A stretch of 64,000 nucleotides of DNA from an uncultured cyanobacterium (GTDB lineage Bacteria; Cyanobacteriota; Cyanobacteriia; PCC-6307; Cyanobiaceae), in NCBI GenBank assembly GCA_963697335.1, contig CAVONQ010000005.1:1-64000 (forward strand), in the 5' to 3' direction. Of this stretch, positions 30,970-41,334 are shown piece after piece. Position 1 is the first letter of the stretch. Each line of letters begins with the position of its first letter. Position numbers and translations under genes: made by a program. The notes beneath the pieces are model-generated. The model searched no databases, had not been told where the DNA came from, and saw only the letters and a list, made by a program, of their open reading frames with translations.

Positions 30970-31206
30970 CTAACTGTTGCTGCGCCGATAGAGGCCGTGC
31001 AGCCCCTCCAGCTGATTGTGCACCGACCGCAGCTGGTCACGGATGTGGGCGCTGTTCTCGATGCGATCAAGGGCCAGCAGCATCGACTCGATCTGGCTCT
31101 TGCAGTCGATGAGCACGCGACATTCGGTGGAACCGGGCTCGTAAGGCATGGGGTCGTTCGGTGCGGTGCCATCCGAGCCGAGAGCGGCCAGGCCGGTTGT
31201 GTCCAT
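30970..31206 (-). CDS. Small helical hypothetical protein
   Basis: MPYEPGSTECRVLIDCKSQIE..HIRDQLRSVHNQLEGLH; start 31206 or 31149. Confidence 0.6.
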   Translation of the reverse strand: MDTTGLAALGSDGTAPNDPMPYEPGSTECRVLIDCKSQIESMLLALDRIENSAHIRDQLRSVHNQLEGLHGLYRRSNS

Positions 31207-31249
31207 TGTTGCCGTTTTCAGACCCGCAACGGGCCTGGGCCACTGCCGA

Positions 31250-32743
31250 TCAGCGGCCGGAACGCCCGCCGGCCCCACCACGACCACCGCCCCGACCACG
31301 GGAACCGCCACCCTCGCGGGCCGCTGCAGGCCGTGCCCCGGCGGGCCTGGAGCCGCCCCGGCTCCCACCGCCGCCAGCACGGCCACCACGCCCCCCCCCA
31401 CGGCCTCCACTGAGGTCCAAGGGCGGCGCATTCAGCACGGTGGGCTCGAAACCGGCCACGGGCTCGCTGGGCAGCCGGGAGCCGAGCAGGCCCTCGATCG
31501 CCGCGAGCAGCTCCCGCTCTTCCGCGGCCACCAGCGAAATCGCCCGGCCGGGGTGACCCGCCCGGCCCGTGCGACCGATCCGGTGCACATAGTCCTCGGC
31601 CTGGTTGGGCAGATCCAGATTCACCACGTGGGGCAGCTGGTGGATGTCGATGCCCCGGGCCGCCAGATCCGTGGCCACCAGCACCCGCACCGAACCACTC
31701 TTGAAACCCGCCAGAGCCCGGGTGCGAGCCCCCTGACTCTTGTTGCCATGGATCGCGGCGGCGGCCATGCCGGCCTGGGTGAGGCGGTCGGCCATGCGGT
31801 TGGCGCCGTGCTTGGTGCGGGAGAACACCAGCACCTGCTGCCAGTTGTTGCTGGCGATCAGATGGGTGAGCAACTCCGGCTTGCGGGCCATGTCGCAGGG
31901 GTGGAGCAGGTGCTCCACGGTGGGGGCCGCCTGGTTTTCAGGGGTGGCCTGGAGCTGCACCGGCTGGTGCAGCAGACCCTGGGCCAGCTTGCGGATCGAA
32001 GGGCTGAAGGTGGCTGAGAACAGCAGGTTCTGACGCTTCGGGGGCATCAGGGCGATCAGCTTCTGGATGTCGCGGATGAAGCCCATGTCGAGCATGCGGT
32101 CGGCCTCATCCAGCACCAGCACCTCCACCCGATCGAGGCGAAGGGCACGCTGCTGCTGCAGATCGAGCAGCCGGCCGGGCGTGGCCACGAGGATGTCGGC
32201 GCCGGCCCGCAGGCGGTTGATCTGGGGGTTGACCTTCACACCGCCGAACACCACGTCACTGCGCAGGTCGAGGTAGCGGCCGTAGGCCGCCACGTTTTCG
32301 GCCACCTGGGCGGCCAGTTCCCGGGTGGGGGTGAGCACCAGCGCCCTCACCACGGTGCCGCGGGCATGGGGACCATGGCGCAGACGCTCCAGCATCGGCA
32401 GGGTGAAGCCCGCCGTCTTGCCGGTGCCCGTCTGGGCGGCCGCCATCACGTCGTGGCCGGCCAGCACGGCGGGGATGCATTGCAACTGGATGGGTGACGG
32501 GGTGGTGTACCCCTTCTCCGCCACCGCCTTGAGGATCGGCAACCCGAGCCCCAGATCCGCGAAGCCTGCGGCGGGGCTGCCCTCGCCGCTGGAGAGAGCC
32601 GGAGCGGCGTCTGCAGCGGCGGGGGTTGGAGCGCCGGGGCTCTGGGCTTTAGGGGTGGCTGCGGTGCGCGCCCCTGGGGCGGTTTCAGCGGAAGCTGAGC
32701 CCCTGCGGGGAATGGGGGCGGCGGGGCGGGAGGAGCGGGTGAT
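31250..32743 (-). CDS. rhlE: DEAD-box RNA helicase, RhlE-like
   Basis: GFADLGL Q-motif, [32 protein letters not shown] tail; start codon unclear (see findings). Confidence 0.88.
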   Translation of the reverse strand: MTRSSRPAAPIPRRGSASAETAPGARTAATPKAQSPGAPTPAAADAAPALSSGEGSPAAGFADLGLGLPILKAVAEKGYTTPSPIQLQCIPAVLAGHDVMAAAQTGTGKTAGFTLPMLERLRHGPHARGTVVRALVLTPTRELAAQVAENVAAYGRYLDLRSDVVFGGVKVNPQINRLRAGADILVATPGRLLDLQQQRALRLDRVEVLVLDEADRMLDMGFIRDIQKLIALMPPKRQNLLFSATFSPSIRKLAQGLLHQPVQLQATPENQAAPTVEHLLHPCDMARKPELLTHLIASNNWQQVLVFSRTKHGANRMADRLTQAGMAAAAIHGNKSQGARTRALAGFKSGSVRVLVATDLAARGIDIHQLPHVVNLDLPNQAEDYVHRIGRTGRAGHPGRAISLVAAEERELLAAIEGLLGSRLPSEPVAGFEPTVLNAPPLDLSGGRGGGRGGRAGGGGSRGGSRPAGARPAAAREGGGSRGRGGGRGGAGGRSGR

Positions 32744-32811
32744 GGGGGGCAGTTGGAGTACTTGCAGACCTTCACCCTACGGGCGGTGCGGACCGGTGAG
32801 TGCGGACCCCC

Positions 32812-33162
32812 TCAGCGGTGTGGCTCGAAGTGGGCGCAGCGCTCACAGGGCCCCTCCGGCAGCACTGCGCAGCGCAGCAGGGGGCTGCGGGCGTTGAAGC
32901 GGCAGTGGGGATCGCCGATCACCCAGCCGTGGCCCCAGGGCCTGGCGTCGGCCGGCTGGGCCTCCAGCTTCACCTGCAGGGCCACGCTGCCGAGCCCGTA
33001 GCGGCCATTGCTGAGGCGGTAGCGATGGCGGCGCTGCAGCACCAGAACGCTCTGATCCCCCAGGTTCAGCCAGCGGCCCGGCTGGGGAATCTGACCCTGG
33101 TGCTCCACCTCGAAGGTGTCGAGCAGTCGGTCGCTGCCGATCAGCCGCACCTCCACCTGCAT
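32812..33162 (-). CDS. Conserved cyanobacterial hypothetical protein (DUF6464-like)
   Basis: LQRRHRYRL, IGDPHCRFNARSPLLRCAVLPEGPCERC. Confidence 0.7.
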   Translation of the reverse strand: MQVEVRLIGSDRLLDTFEVEHQGQIPQPGRWLNLGDQSVLVLQRRHRYRLSNGRYGLGSVALQVKLEAQPADARPWGHGWVIGDPHCRFNARSPLLRCAVLPEGPCERCAHFEPHR

Positions 33163-33165
33163 GGT

Positions 33166-33981
33166 TCAGCTCAGGGGAGCCGCCGGCTCCACCACCGGCA
33201 GCCCATCATCAGCGGCGGGTTCCGGCGCTGGGCTCTGGCGCGCGGAGAAGCCCCACACGAACAGGGCGGCCACGAGAGACAGCAGGGCCCACTCCGGCAG
33301 CTCCAGCTGAGGGCTGACGAGGCGCAGCAGCAGGCGCAGGCCCACCAGGCCCACCGCCAGGTAGCCGGCGGTTTCCAGGTGGCGGAACACCTCGAGCCAG
33401 CGGATGAACAGCTCGGCGGTGAGCCGCAGGGCAATCACCCCGATCACGCCACCGGCGATCACCAGGGGGAGGCGATCGGTCACCGCCACGGCGGCCGCCA
33501 CGCTGTCCACCGAAAAGGCCAGGTCCGTCACCGCCAGGGTGGCCACCACGCTGGCCATGCTGGCGGTGAGGGCTCCAGTCCCTGGCGGGGCGGGGGCCAG
33601 GGGTCCGGCGCCAGGGGCCTCCGCTGCCGCCAGGTTCTGGCCCGGCGGGGCGGCGGCGGCCAGGCTGGCCAGGTGGCGGCCACACAGCCACAGCAGGTAG
33701 CTCGACGCCGCCAGCTGGAGGGGCCAGAAATCCAGCACCCAGCGGGCGGCCAGGATCAGACCCACCCGAAACACCAGGGCCAGCAACAGGCCCAGGTTGA
33801 GGGCCGTCTCCTGGCGGGAACGGTCATGCAGACGGCGCGAGATAGCCGCAAGGGCTATGGCGTTGTCGGCGGACAGCACCGCCTCCAGCGCCACGAGCAG
33901 GGGCAGGACGAGCAGGATTTCATGCCAGCGGTCGACCTCCTCCAGCAGGGGGGTCAGAGATTGAATCGACTCGGCTTCCAT
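33166..33981 (-). CDS. TerC-family membrane protein
   Basis: LEAVLSADNA, DLAFSVDSV, LETAGY. Confidence 0.88.
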   Translation of the reverse strand: MEAESIQSLTPLLEEVDRWHEILLVLPLLVALEAVLSADNAIALAAISRRLHDRSRQETALNLGLLLALVFRVGLILAARWVLDFWPLQLAASSYLLWLCGRHLASLAAAAPPGQNLAAAEAPGAGPLAPAPPGTGALTASMASVVATLAVTDLAFSVDSVAAAVAVTDRLPLVIAGGVIGVIALRLTAELFIRWLEVFRHLETAGYLAVGLVGLRLLLRLVSPQLELPEWALLSLVAALFVWGFSARQSPAPEPAADDGLPVVEPAAPLS

Positions 33982-34035
33982 CAGACCCTGCAAGCAGTCC
34001 ACTCTAGGAAGACCCGTCCCTGAGCCGAACGTCCG

Positions 34036-34785
34036 ATGCAGCTCCAGGTCCGCCTTGTCCACGCCGAGCCCGGGCACCGGGTGGTGGAGGTCACGGCCTA
34101 TCGGCAGGGGGAAACCCTGGGGAGTGCCCTGGGGGAGGCCGGGACGGCCGAGGAGGCCGAAGACAGGGCCCGCGCCCGCCTGGCGAAGCAGCTGGCGCCC
34201 GCCATCCCCGCGGCTGTGGCGGTGCCCATCGCCAAGGCTGGGCAATCCGCTACGCCTGACCCGGTTCCACCAGCCGCTCCCGTGCCGGCAGCAGCACCGG
34301 CCCCAACGCCGCCCCCCGCCGCTGGAGCGGCCGGCCGGCCCCAGGAACCTGAGCCCGACCCCGAGGACTGGAGCAGCGAACTCGCCCAGATCGATCTTCA
34401 GCTGGGCCGGCTGGCCTGGCAGCGCGAGCAGGAGGGCGTCTACCTGGAGCGGGCCTTCGGCCATCCCAGCCGCAGCAGGCTCACCTCCTACGCCGACCTG
34501 CAGAGCTACCTGCAGGCCCTCACTGCCCTGCCGGCAGGCAGTGATCCCACCAGCGCCCCGGTGCCCCTGCGCCGCCGCGACCTGCTGGCCCAGTGCGATC
34601 TGCTGCTGGGTCAGCTGGGCTGGGACGCCCAGCAGGGCCGCCACTGCCTCGATCAGCTCTTTGGCCTGAGCAGCCGCCAGCACCTCAACGACACCCAGTT
34701 GCTGGAGTTCAACATGCAGTTGGAGGAAAAGCTGCTGGCCGCCACCCCCTCAGCTGCCGCCGGCCAGGCTTCCCCCGCCGCCTGA
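34036..34785 (+). CDS. Conserved hypothetical protein
   Basis: SALGEA..AEEAEDRARARL, DWSSELAQID..RLAW, SRQHLNDTQL repeats. Confidence 0.7.
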   Translation: MQLQVRLVHAEPGHRVVEVTAYRQGETLGSALGEAGTAEEAEDRARARLAKQLAPAIPAAVAVPIAKAGQSATPDPVPPAAPVPAAAPAPTPPPAAGAAGRPQEPEPDPEDWSSELAQIDLQLGRLAWQREQEGVYLERAFGHPSRSRLTSYADLQSYLQALTALPAGSDPTSAPVPLRRRDLLAQCDLLLGQLGWDAQQGRHCLDQLFGLSSRQHLNDTQLLEFNMQLEEKLLAATPSAAAGQASPAA

Positions 34786-35730
34786 AGCCGGGGCCGCCAG
34801 CCGGCAGTGCTGCCGCACCAGCCACGGCCCGAGATCCAGCTGTCGCTGGTTGGCATAGGCCTCCTTCTCCAGCTCCTTCATCTGCGGAGACGCCCTCAGG
34901 TACACCGCATCGCCGAGCACCGCGTCGAGATGGGGCGGGAGATCGCGGCTCAGGCCCAGCAGACCCGGCATCGCGCGCACGCCGCCATTGCTGCAGCTCT
35001 GGGCCACGTGGATGGCTTCGTGGTTGAGCACCTGGGCAAATTCGGTGCTGCCGCTGGTGATCACCCGGGGCTTGATTCGCAGGGTGCGGACCTGGGGGTC
35101 CCATTCAGCCGCCGCCCCGGACTTGCGGGGCGGCGCCAGCTCAATCAGCACGCCCGCCTGGATCAGCACCTCGATCAGATCCCTGATGGCGGCCTGCTCG
35201 GCGTCGAAGCTGGGGGGGTTGGCCATCTTGTGGCGGATCTCAGCCAGGGAGAGCGGGGGCTCCCCGGCCCGGCGCTGGTAGTGGTAGCGGGTGCTGCCGT
35301 CCGGGAACCGCTCAGCCCTGGGAATCCAGGCGGCATCGGCCGCTCTGAGCTGCTGCAGCAACACCTCCTGGTCGATGTTCTCGAGGCCGCCGGGCTGGGG
35401 TGCCAGGGCCAGGGCGTCCCACAACGGCTGCAGCGGCGGCGCCCCCGAGACGCTCTCGACGCTCTGGGGATCCGCGGCCAGCTGGGTGGTCGGCACGGCA
35501 ACCGACTCCCGCAGCCGCCAGCGATTCGGCAACAGCGTCAGCCCCACCCCCAGGGACAGCAGCAGGCCGGCGATCACCGCCAGAGGTGCCACCCTGGGGA
35601 CCGCCATGGCCCCCCTTGGCGGCAGCCGCCGCAGGGGATCGCCGCAGCGGCCGCAGACCCAGACACCATCGGGCTGACGCCGCGCGGTCAGGGGCCTGGG
35701 ATGACAGGAGGGGCAGAGGAAGGGCGCCAC
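34750..35730 (-). CDS. Membrane-anchored protein with Zn-ribbon and HExxH motif
   Basis: CPSC..CGRC, TM helix, LNHEAIHVAQSC, ELEKEAY; GTG 35730. Confidence 0.6.
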   Translation of the reverse strand: MAPFLCPSCHPRPLTARRQPDGVWVCGRCGDPLRRLPPRGAMAVPRVAPLAVIAGLLLSLGVGLTLLPNRWRLRESVAVPTTQLAADPQSVESVSGAPPLQPLWDALALAPQPGGLENIDQEVLLQQLRAADAAWIPRAERFPDGSTRYHYQRRAGEPPLSLAEIRHKMANPPSFDAEQAAIRDLIEVLIQAGVLIELAPPRKSGAAAEWDPQVRTLRIKPRVITSGSTEFAQVLNHEAIHVAQSCSNGGVRAMPGLLGLSRDLPPHLDAVLGDAVYLRASPQMKELEKEAYANQRQLDLGPWLVRQHCRLAAPASGGGGSLAGGS

Positions 35731-35803
35731 GCGTGCATTCTGTCGCCGCCGCCGCGGGGTGCCGGTTGGCAAGATCGGTGGCTGCCTCTGCCAGCGCGTT
35801 GCC

Positions 35804-38800
35804 ATGCCCCTCTCCGCCCTGGTGCGCCAGCTGCAGCAGGCATCGCTCACCAGCGAGCTGCTGGAACGCAGTCGGCGCAGCACCAGGCTGCGGTTGAGCG
35901 GCGCCGGCCGGGCCGCCCGGGCCCTGATCAGCAGTGCCCTGGCCGGGGTGGCAGAGGCACCGCTGCTGGTGGTGGTGCCCACCCTGGAGGAGGCTGGTCG
36001 CTGGGCGGCCCTGCTGGAGCTGATGGGCTGGCGCAGCAGCCAGCTCTACCCCACCAGCGAGGGCAGCCCCTACGAGGGCTTCGACCCCACCAGCGAGATC
36101 ACCTGGGGCCAGCTGCAGGTGCTCAGCGAGCTGCTCGATCGGGAATCGAGCGCAGCCGATCGGCGCCGCCTGGCGATCGTGGCCACCGAGCGGGCGCTGC
36201 AGCCCCACCTGCCACCCCCAGCCGCCCTCGAGGCCCGCTGCATCAGCCTGCGCAAGGGCCAGACCATCCCCCTCGACCAGCTCGCCGCCACCCTGGCCCA
36301 GCTCGGCTACGAACGGGTGCCCACGATCGAGCAGGAGGGCACCTGGAGCCGCCGGGGCGACATCGTGGATGTGTTCCCGGTGAGTGCCGAGCTGCCGGTG
36401 CGGCTGGAGTTCTTCGGCGAGGAGCTGGACAAGCTCAGGGAGTTCGATCCCACCAGCCAGCGCTCCCTCGACACCACCGAGGTGGCGCGCCTCACCCCCA
36501 CCGGCTACACGCCGCTGATCGCCGAGGCCCTGCGGGAGTCGATGCCGGGCGAGCTGGACCAGCTGCTCGCGCCTGAGGCCCTGGAGCAGCTGCTGGAGGG
36601 CGGCACCCCGCCGGGGCTGCGGCGATTGCTGGGCCTGGCCTGGCAGCAGCCGGCCTCCCTGCTCGACTACCTGCCCGAAGGCACCCTGATCGCGGTGGAC
36701 GAGCGGCGCCAGGGCCTGGCCCATGGCCAGCAGTGGTTCGAGCACGCCGAGGCCCATCACGCCGAGGTGGAGCTGGAGCTGGGCGGGCCGCTCCCGGCCG
36801 TGCTGCACCGGCGGCCCGAGCAGGCCCTGGCGGAAGCCGAGGCCTTCGCCGGCTTCGATCTGGCGGAGCTGCACGAGAGCGATGGGTATGCCAACAGCTT
36901 CGATCTGGCCTCCCGCTCGGTGCCGGCCCACCCCAACGCCTTCGGCAAGCTGGCGTCGCTGATCAAGGGGTTCCAGCAGGACCGCGCCCGGGTGTGGCTG
37001 CTCTCGGCCCAGCCCTCGCGGGCCGTGGCGCTGCTGGAAGAGCACGACTGCATCACCCGCTTCGTGCCCAACCCTGGCGACCAGCCGGCGATTGATCGCC
37101 TGATCGAGCAGAACACGCCCGTGGCGCTCAAGCTTCGCGGCACCGCCGAGCTGGAGGGTCTGCAGCTGCCCGCCTGGAAGCTGGTGCTGATCAGCGACCG
37201 GGAGTTCTTCGGCCAGCACGCCCTGGCCGCCACCGGCTACGTGCGCCGCCGCCGCAAGGCGGCCAGCCGCACGGTGGACCCCGGCAAGATGCAGCCAGGC
37301 GACTTTGTGGTGCACCGCAACCACGGCATCGGCCGGTTTCTGCGGCTGGAGAAGCTGGCAATCGGCGGCGAGGAGCGCGACTACCTCGCCGTGCAGTACG
37401 CCGATGGGCTGCTGCGGGTGGCCGCCGACCAGCTGGGCAGCCTGGGCCGCTACCGCGCCACCAGCGAGAGCCCGCCGGATCTCAACCGCATGGGCGGCAC
37501 GGCCTGGACCAAGGCCAAGGAGCGGGCCCGCAAGGCCGTGCGCAAGGTGGCCCTCGATCTGGTCAAGCTCTACGCCGAGCGCCACAAGGCAGCGGGCTTC
37601 GCCTTCCCCGAGGACGGCCCCTGGCAGGGCGAACTGGAGGACTCCTTCCCCTACGACCCCACCCCGGATCAGGTGAAGGCGATCGCCGATGTGAAGCGCG
37701 ACATGGAGAAGCCCGAGCCCATGGATCGGCTGGTGTGCGGCGATGTGGGCTTCGGTAAGACGGAGGTGGCGATCCGGGCGATCTTCAAGGCCGTCACCGC
37801 CGGCCGCCAGGTGGCGATGCTCGCGCCCACCACCGTGCTGGCGCAGCAGCACTGGCGTTCCCTGAGCGAGCGCTTCGCGCCCTACCCGATGAAGGTGAGC
37901 CTGCTCAATCGCTTCCGCACCAGCGCCGAGCGCAAGGTGATCCAGGAGGGTCTGGCCGCCGGCACGGTGGATGTGGTGGTGGGCACCCACCAGCTGCTGG
38001 GCAAGAGCACCACCTTCAAGCAACTCGGGCTGCTGGTGGTGGATGAGGAGCAGCGCTTCGGGGTGAACCAGAAGGAAAAGATCAAGGCCCTGCGCAAGGA
38101 CGTGGACGTGCTCACCCTCAGCGCCACGCCGATTCCGCGCACCCTCTACATGAGCCTCTCCGGGGTGCGCGAGATGAGCCTGATCACCACGCCACCGCCG
38201 CTGCGGCGGCCGATCAAGACCCACCTGGCCGGCCTCGATGAGGAGGCGGTGCGCAGTGCCATCCGCCAGGAGCTCGACCGGGGCGGCCAGATCTTCTATG
38301 TGGTGCCCCGGGTGGAGGGCATCGAGGAGGTGGCCGAGGGGCTGCGGCAGATGATCCCAGGCCTGCGGCTGCTGGTGGCCCACGGCCAGATGGCCGAGGG
38401 CGAACTGGAGAGCGCCATGGTGGCCTTCAACGCCGGCGAAGCCGATCTGATGCTCTGCACCACGATCGTGGAGAGCGGCCTCGACATTCCCCGGGTGAAC
38501 ACGATCCTGATCGAGGACGCCCACAAGTTCGGCCTGGCCCAGCTCTACCAGCTGCGCGGCCGGGTGGGCCGCAGCGGCATCCAGGCCCATGCCTGGCTGT
38601 TCTATCCAGGCGATGCCTCCCTGAGCGAAGCGGCACGCCAACGGCTGCGGGCCATCCAGGAGTTCGCCCAGCTGGGCAGCGGTTACCAGCTGGCCATGCG
38701 CGACATGGAGATCCGCGGTGTGGGCAACCTGCTGGGGGTGGAGCAGAGCGGCCAGATGGAGCTGATCGGCTTCGACCTCTACATGGAGATGCTGCAGGAG

Positions 38801-39373
38801 TCACTGGCGGAGATCCAGGGGCAGGACATCCCGGCCGTGGACGACACCCAGATCGACCTGCCGATCACCGCCTTCATCCCCGGCGACTGGATCACCGAAA
38901 ACGACGAGAAGATCGGCGCCTACCGCGCAGCCGCCGGCTGCGACAGCAAGGAGGCCCTGGTGGAGCTGGCCGCCGGCTGGGTGGACCGCTACGGCGCCAT
39001 TCCCGCGCCGGTGAGCGCCCTGCTGCAACTGATGGAGCTGAAGCTGCTGGCCAAACGCTGCGGCTTCTCGCGCATCAAACCCGAAAAACCCAACATCGCC
39101 CTGGAAACCCCCATGGAGGAACCTGCCTTCCGGCTGCTGCGCCAGGGCCTGCCCCAGCACCTGCATGGACGGCTGGTGTACCAGGCCGGCAGCGGCAGCA
39201 CCGCCAAGGTGCTGGCCCGGGGGCTGGGGGTGCTGCCGATGGAACGGCAGCTGGAGGAGCTGATGGGCTGGCTCAACCAGATGGCCGCCCAGATCCCCGG
39301 CGCCGATGGCCTCAACGAAACCCAGCGGGCGCAACAGGCCGCGGCGAGGAACGAGGCGGTGCTGGCGGTGTGA
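35804..39373 (+). CDS. mfd: Transcription-repair coupling factor
   Basis: VVHRNHGIG, GDVGFGKTEVA, DEEQRFGV, QLRGRVGRS, TRCF C-terminus. Confidence 0.97.
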   Translation: MPLSALVRQLQQASLTSELLERSRRSTRLRLSGAGRAARALISSALAGVAEAPLLVVVPTLEEAGRWAALLELMGWRSSQLYPTSEGSPYEGFDPTSEITWGQLQVLSELLDRESSAADRRRLAIVATERALQPHLPPPAALEARCISLRKGQTIPLDQLAATLAQLGYERVPTIEQEGTWSRRGDIVDVFPVSAELPVRLEFFGEELDKLREFDPTSQRSLDTTEVARLTPTGYTPLIAEALRESMPGELDQLLAPEALEQLLEGGTPPGLRRLLGLAWQQPASLLDYLPEGTLIAVDERRQGLAHGQQWFEHAEAHHAEVELELGGPLPAVLHRRPEQALAEAEAFAGFDLAELHESDGYANSFDLASRSVPAHPNAFGKLASLIKGFQQDRARVWLLSAQPSRAVALLEEHDCITRFVPNPGDQPAIDRLIEQNTPVALKLRGTAELEGLQLPAWKLVLISDREFFGQHALAATGYVRRRRKAASRTVDPGKMQPGDFVVHRNHGIGRFLRLEKLAIGGEERDYLAVQYADGLLRVAADQLGSLGRYRATSESPPDLNRMGGTAWTKAKERARKAVRKVALDLVKLYAERHKAAGFAFPEDGPWQGELEDSFPYDPTPDQVKAIADVKRDMEKPEPMDRLVCGDVGFGKTEVAIRAIFKAVTAGRQVAMLAPTTVLAQQHWRSLSERFAPYPMKVSLLNRFRTSAERKVIQEGLAAGTVDVVVGTHQLLGKSTTFKQLGLLVVDEEQRFGVNQKEKIKALRKDVDVLTLSATPIPRTLYMSLSGVREMSLITTPPPLRRPIKTHLAGLDEEAVRSAIRQELDRGGQIFYVVPRVEGIEEVAEGLRQMIPGLRLLVAHGQMAEGELESAMVAFNAGEADLMLCTTIVESGLDIPRVNTILIEDAHKFGLAQLYQLRGRVGRSGIQAHAWLFYPGDASLSEAARQRLRAIQEFAQLGSGYQLAMRDMEIRGVGNLLGVEQSGQMELIGFDLYMEMLQESLAEIQGQDIPAVDDTQIDLPITAFIPGDWITENDEKIGAYRAAAGCDSKEALVELAAGWVDRYGAIPAPVSALLQLMELKLLAKRCGFSRIKPEKPNIALETPMEEPAFRLLRQGLPQHLHGRLVYQAGSGSTAKVLARGLGVLPMERQLEELMGWLNQMAAQIPGADGLNETQRAQQAAARNEAVLAV

Positions 39374-39442
39374 GCGGTCTCCTCAGCCGCACCGCCTCAT
39401 CTCCGCAAAACTTCGTTACACTGCTTGAAAAGGCAGGGTCCC

Positions 39443-39619
39443 ATGGGTGAGTTCGTCGGTTCGGCAGGCGCACTGGGTGTTCAGAGCGGCATGACCATCG
39501 TTTCAGGCGTGGTGAGCCTTCTGGCCCTCGGTCTCTATGCCCTGTTCAGCGGCTCAAACGAAAACAACGACGATGACGACTCCAGCCCCGGTGGCGGCTT
39601 GATGCAGCCGGTGTCCTGA
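39443..39619 (+). CDS. Small single-TM protein with DDDD..GGGLMQPV tail
   Basis: TM helix followed by acidic stretch, a small-protein type common in picocyanobacteria. Confidence 0.65.
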   Translation: MGEFVGSAGALGVQSGMTIVSGVVSLLALGLYALFSGSNENNDDDDSSPGGGLMQPVS

Positions 39620-39649
39620 GCCGGCCAGTCTCCTGATCCCCCAACTCCC

Positions 39650-39889
39650 TCAGCTGGGGTCGTCCGCCTGCTGCGCGTAGGCCGAGGGCACCACCACCAG
39701 AAACAGCCACCACCAAACGGCCACGGCTGCCCCAAGTGGTGCGCTGATCCACCAGAGCCGTGGCCACCACCAGCTCATGCCCACCACAGCCACCCCCGTG
39801 AGGAGGATGCTCCAAGGCTGGCACCACCAGGGCTTTGAAGACCAGATGTTGAGTGTTGGCCGGCTGGCTGGGGGCTCGTCGTCGGTCAA
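39650..39889 (-). CDS. Small membrane protein (DUF6737-like)
   Basis: WSSKPWWCQPWSILLTG..WWWLFLVVVP. Confidence 0.72.
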   Translation of the reverse strand: MTDDEPPASRPTLNIWSSKPWWCQPWSILLTGVAVVGMSWWWPRLWWISAPLGAAVAVWWWLFLVVVPSAYAQQADDPS

Positions 39890-41227
39890 GGCTTGGATTT
39901 CGCTTCCAGGGCCGCCGGCACATTGGCGCTGCCCGGCTTATAGGTGTTGCCCACGGCGTTGGCGTTCTGCAGTTTCTTGCGCAGGGTGGTTTCGGCCACG
40001 CGGTACTGGGTGTCCCTGTTGGTGCCGAGGTCCTCGAGCTTGAGGCGCTGGGCCTCCTGCTCGGTCATCTTCGCCTGCACATCCGGATCGATGCCGTACT
40101 TGTGGATGTCGCGGCCCTCGGGAGTCAGGTACTTGGCGATGGTCACGGTCATGCCGGAGCCATCCGAGAGCCCCCGCACCGACTGCACCAGCCCCTTGCC
40201 AAAGGTCTTCTGACCCACCAGCACGGCCCGGTTGTTGTCCTGCAGGGCGCCGGAGAGAATCTCGCTGGCGCTGGCCGAACCCTCGTTCACCAGCACCACC
40301 AGGGGCTTGTCGGTGAGGGCGCGGCCTGTGGCCCGCTGGATGTCGGTGATGCCGTTGCGGGTCTTGGTGGACACGATCGTGCCCTCGTTGAGCCACTGAC
40401 GGGCGATCTCCACGCTGGCTCCCGAGCAGGCCACCGGGGTTGCTGCGCAGGTCCAGCACGTAACCCTGCACGCCCTGGGCCTCCATCTCCCGCAGGGCCA
40501 CCCGCATGTCCTTGGTGGCGTTGGCGTTGAACTGCTTCAGGCGGATGTAGCCCACCTTGACCCCATCGGGGGTGACATTGATCTGGCTGTCCACCGCGTG
40601 CAGCTCGATCCGGTCGCGCTCCAGGGGCACATTCAGCACCTGGGCGTTACGCCGCAGGGTGAGGGTCACGGTGGTGCCGGCCTGGCCGCGGATCAGCTTC
40701 ACCGCGTCCTCGGTGCTCATCCCCTTGGTGCTGGACCCGTCGATGGCCGTGATCACATCCTTGGGCATCACCCCGGCCCTGGAGGCGGGCGATCCCTCGA
40801 TCGGGGCCACCACCACCAGCTCCTTGGTGTCCTTGTCGAGGCTCAGCTGGATGCCCACCCCGGAGAGCTCCCCGGAGGTGTCGATCTGCATCTCCTTGAA
40901 CTCCCTCGGATCGAGGAAACGGGTGTAGGGGTCATCGAGGGTGGCGAGCATGCCCCGGATCGCCTCGTAGGCATCCTTGGGGGTGCCGTAGCTCTTGGCC
41001 AGCACATTGCTGCGCAGGTCGCGCCACTGCTGCGGTGTGTATTTGCCGTTGACGTCGAGGTAATCGCGGAAGACGATCTGCCAGGTCTGGTCGATCACCT
41101 CCTTGGGACTGTCGGAGATGCGGCCCACTCCGCCGGGCGAGGTCACCGCCTCGCGGGCCATCACGGCGGTGGCAGCGCAGGCGCTGACACCCACCAGCAC
41201 GATCAGACTGGTGCGGCTGCGACCCAT
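39886..41227 (-). CDS. ctpA: C-terminal processing peptidase (S41), frameshifted near 40422
   Basis: LDDPYTRF, PDZ, DLRSNPGGLL then, in the next frame, ASVEIARQWL, SASASEILSGAL, TFGKGLVQ. Confidence 0.88.
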
Positions 41228-41334
41228 CGGAGCAGACCTGGAAGGCCAGGGAAACGTGCTATCAAGCTAGCGCCGCATTAGGGAGAGCCCATGGAGGGGC
41301 GACCGGTCTGGAAAGGGAACCCTGATGGCGGCGT

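Noticed and set aside
20638..38641. Very long antisense ORFs (e.g. 20638-23796, 35312-38641)
   Set aside because: Stop-poor shadow frames expected from high-GC codon bias opposite real genes
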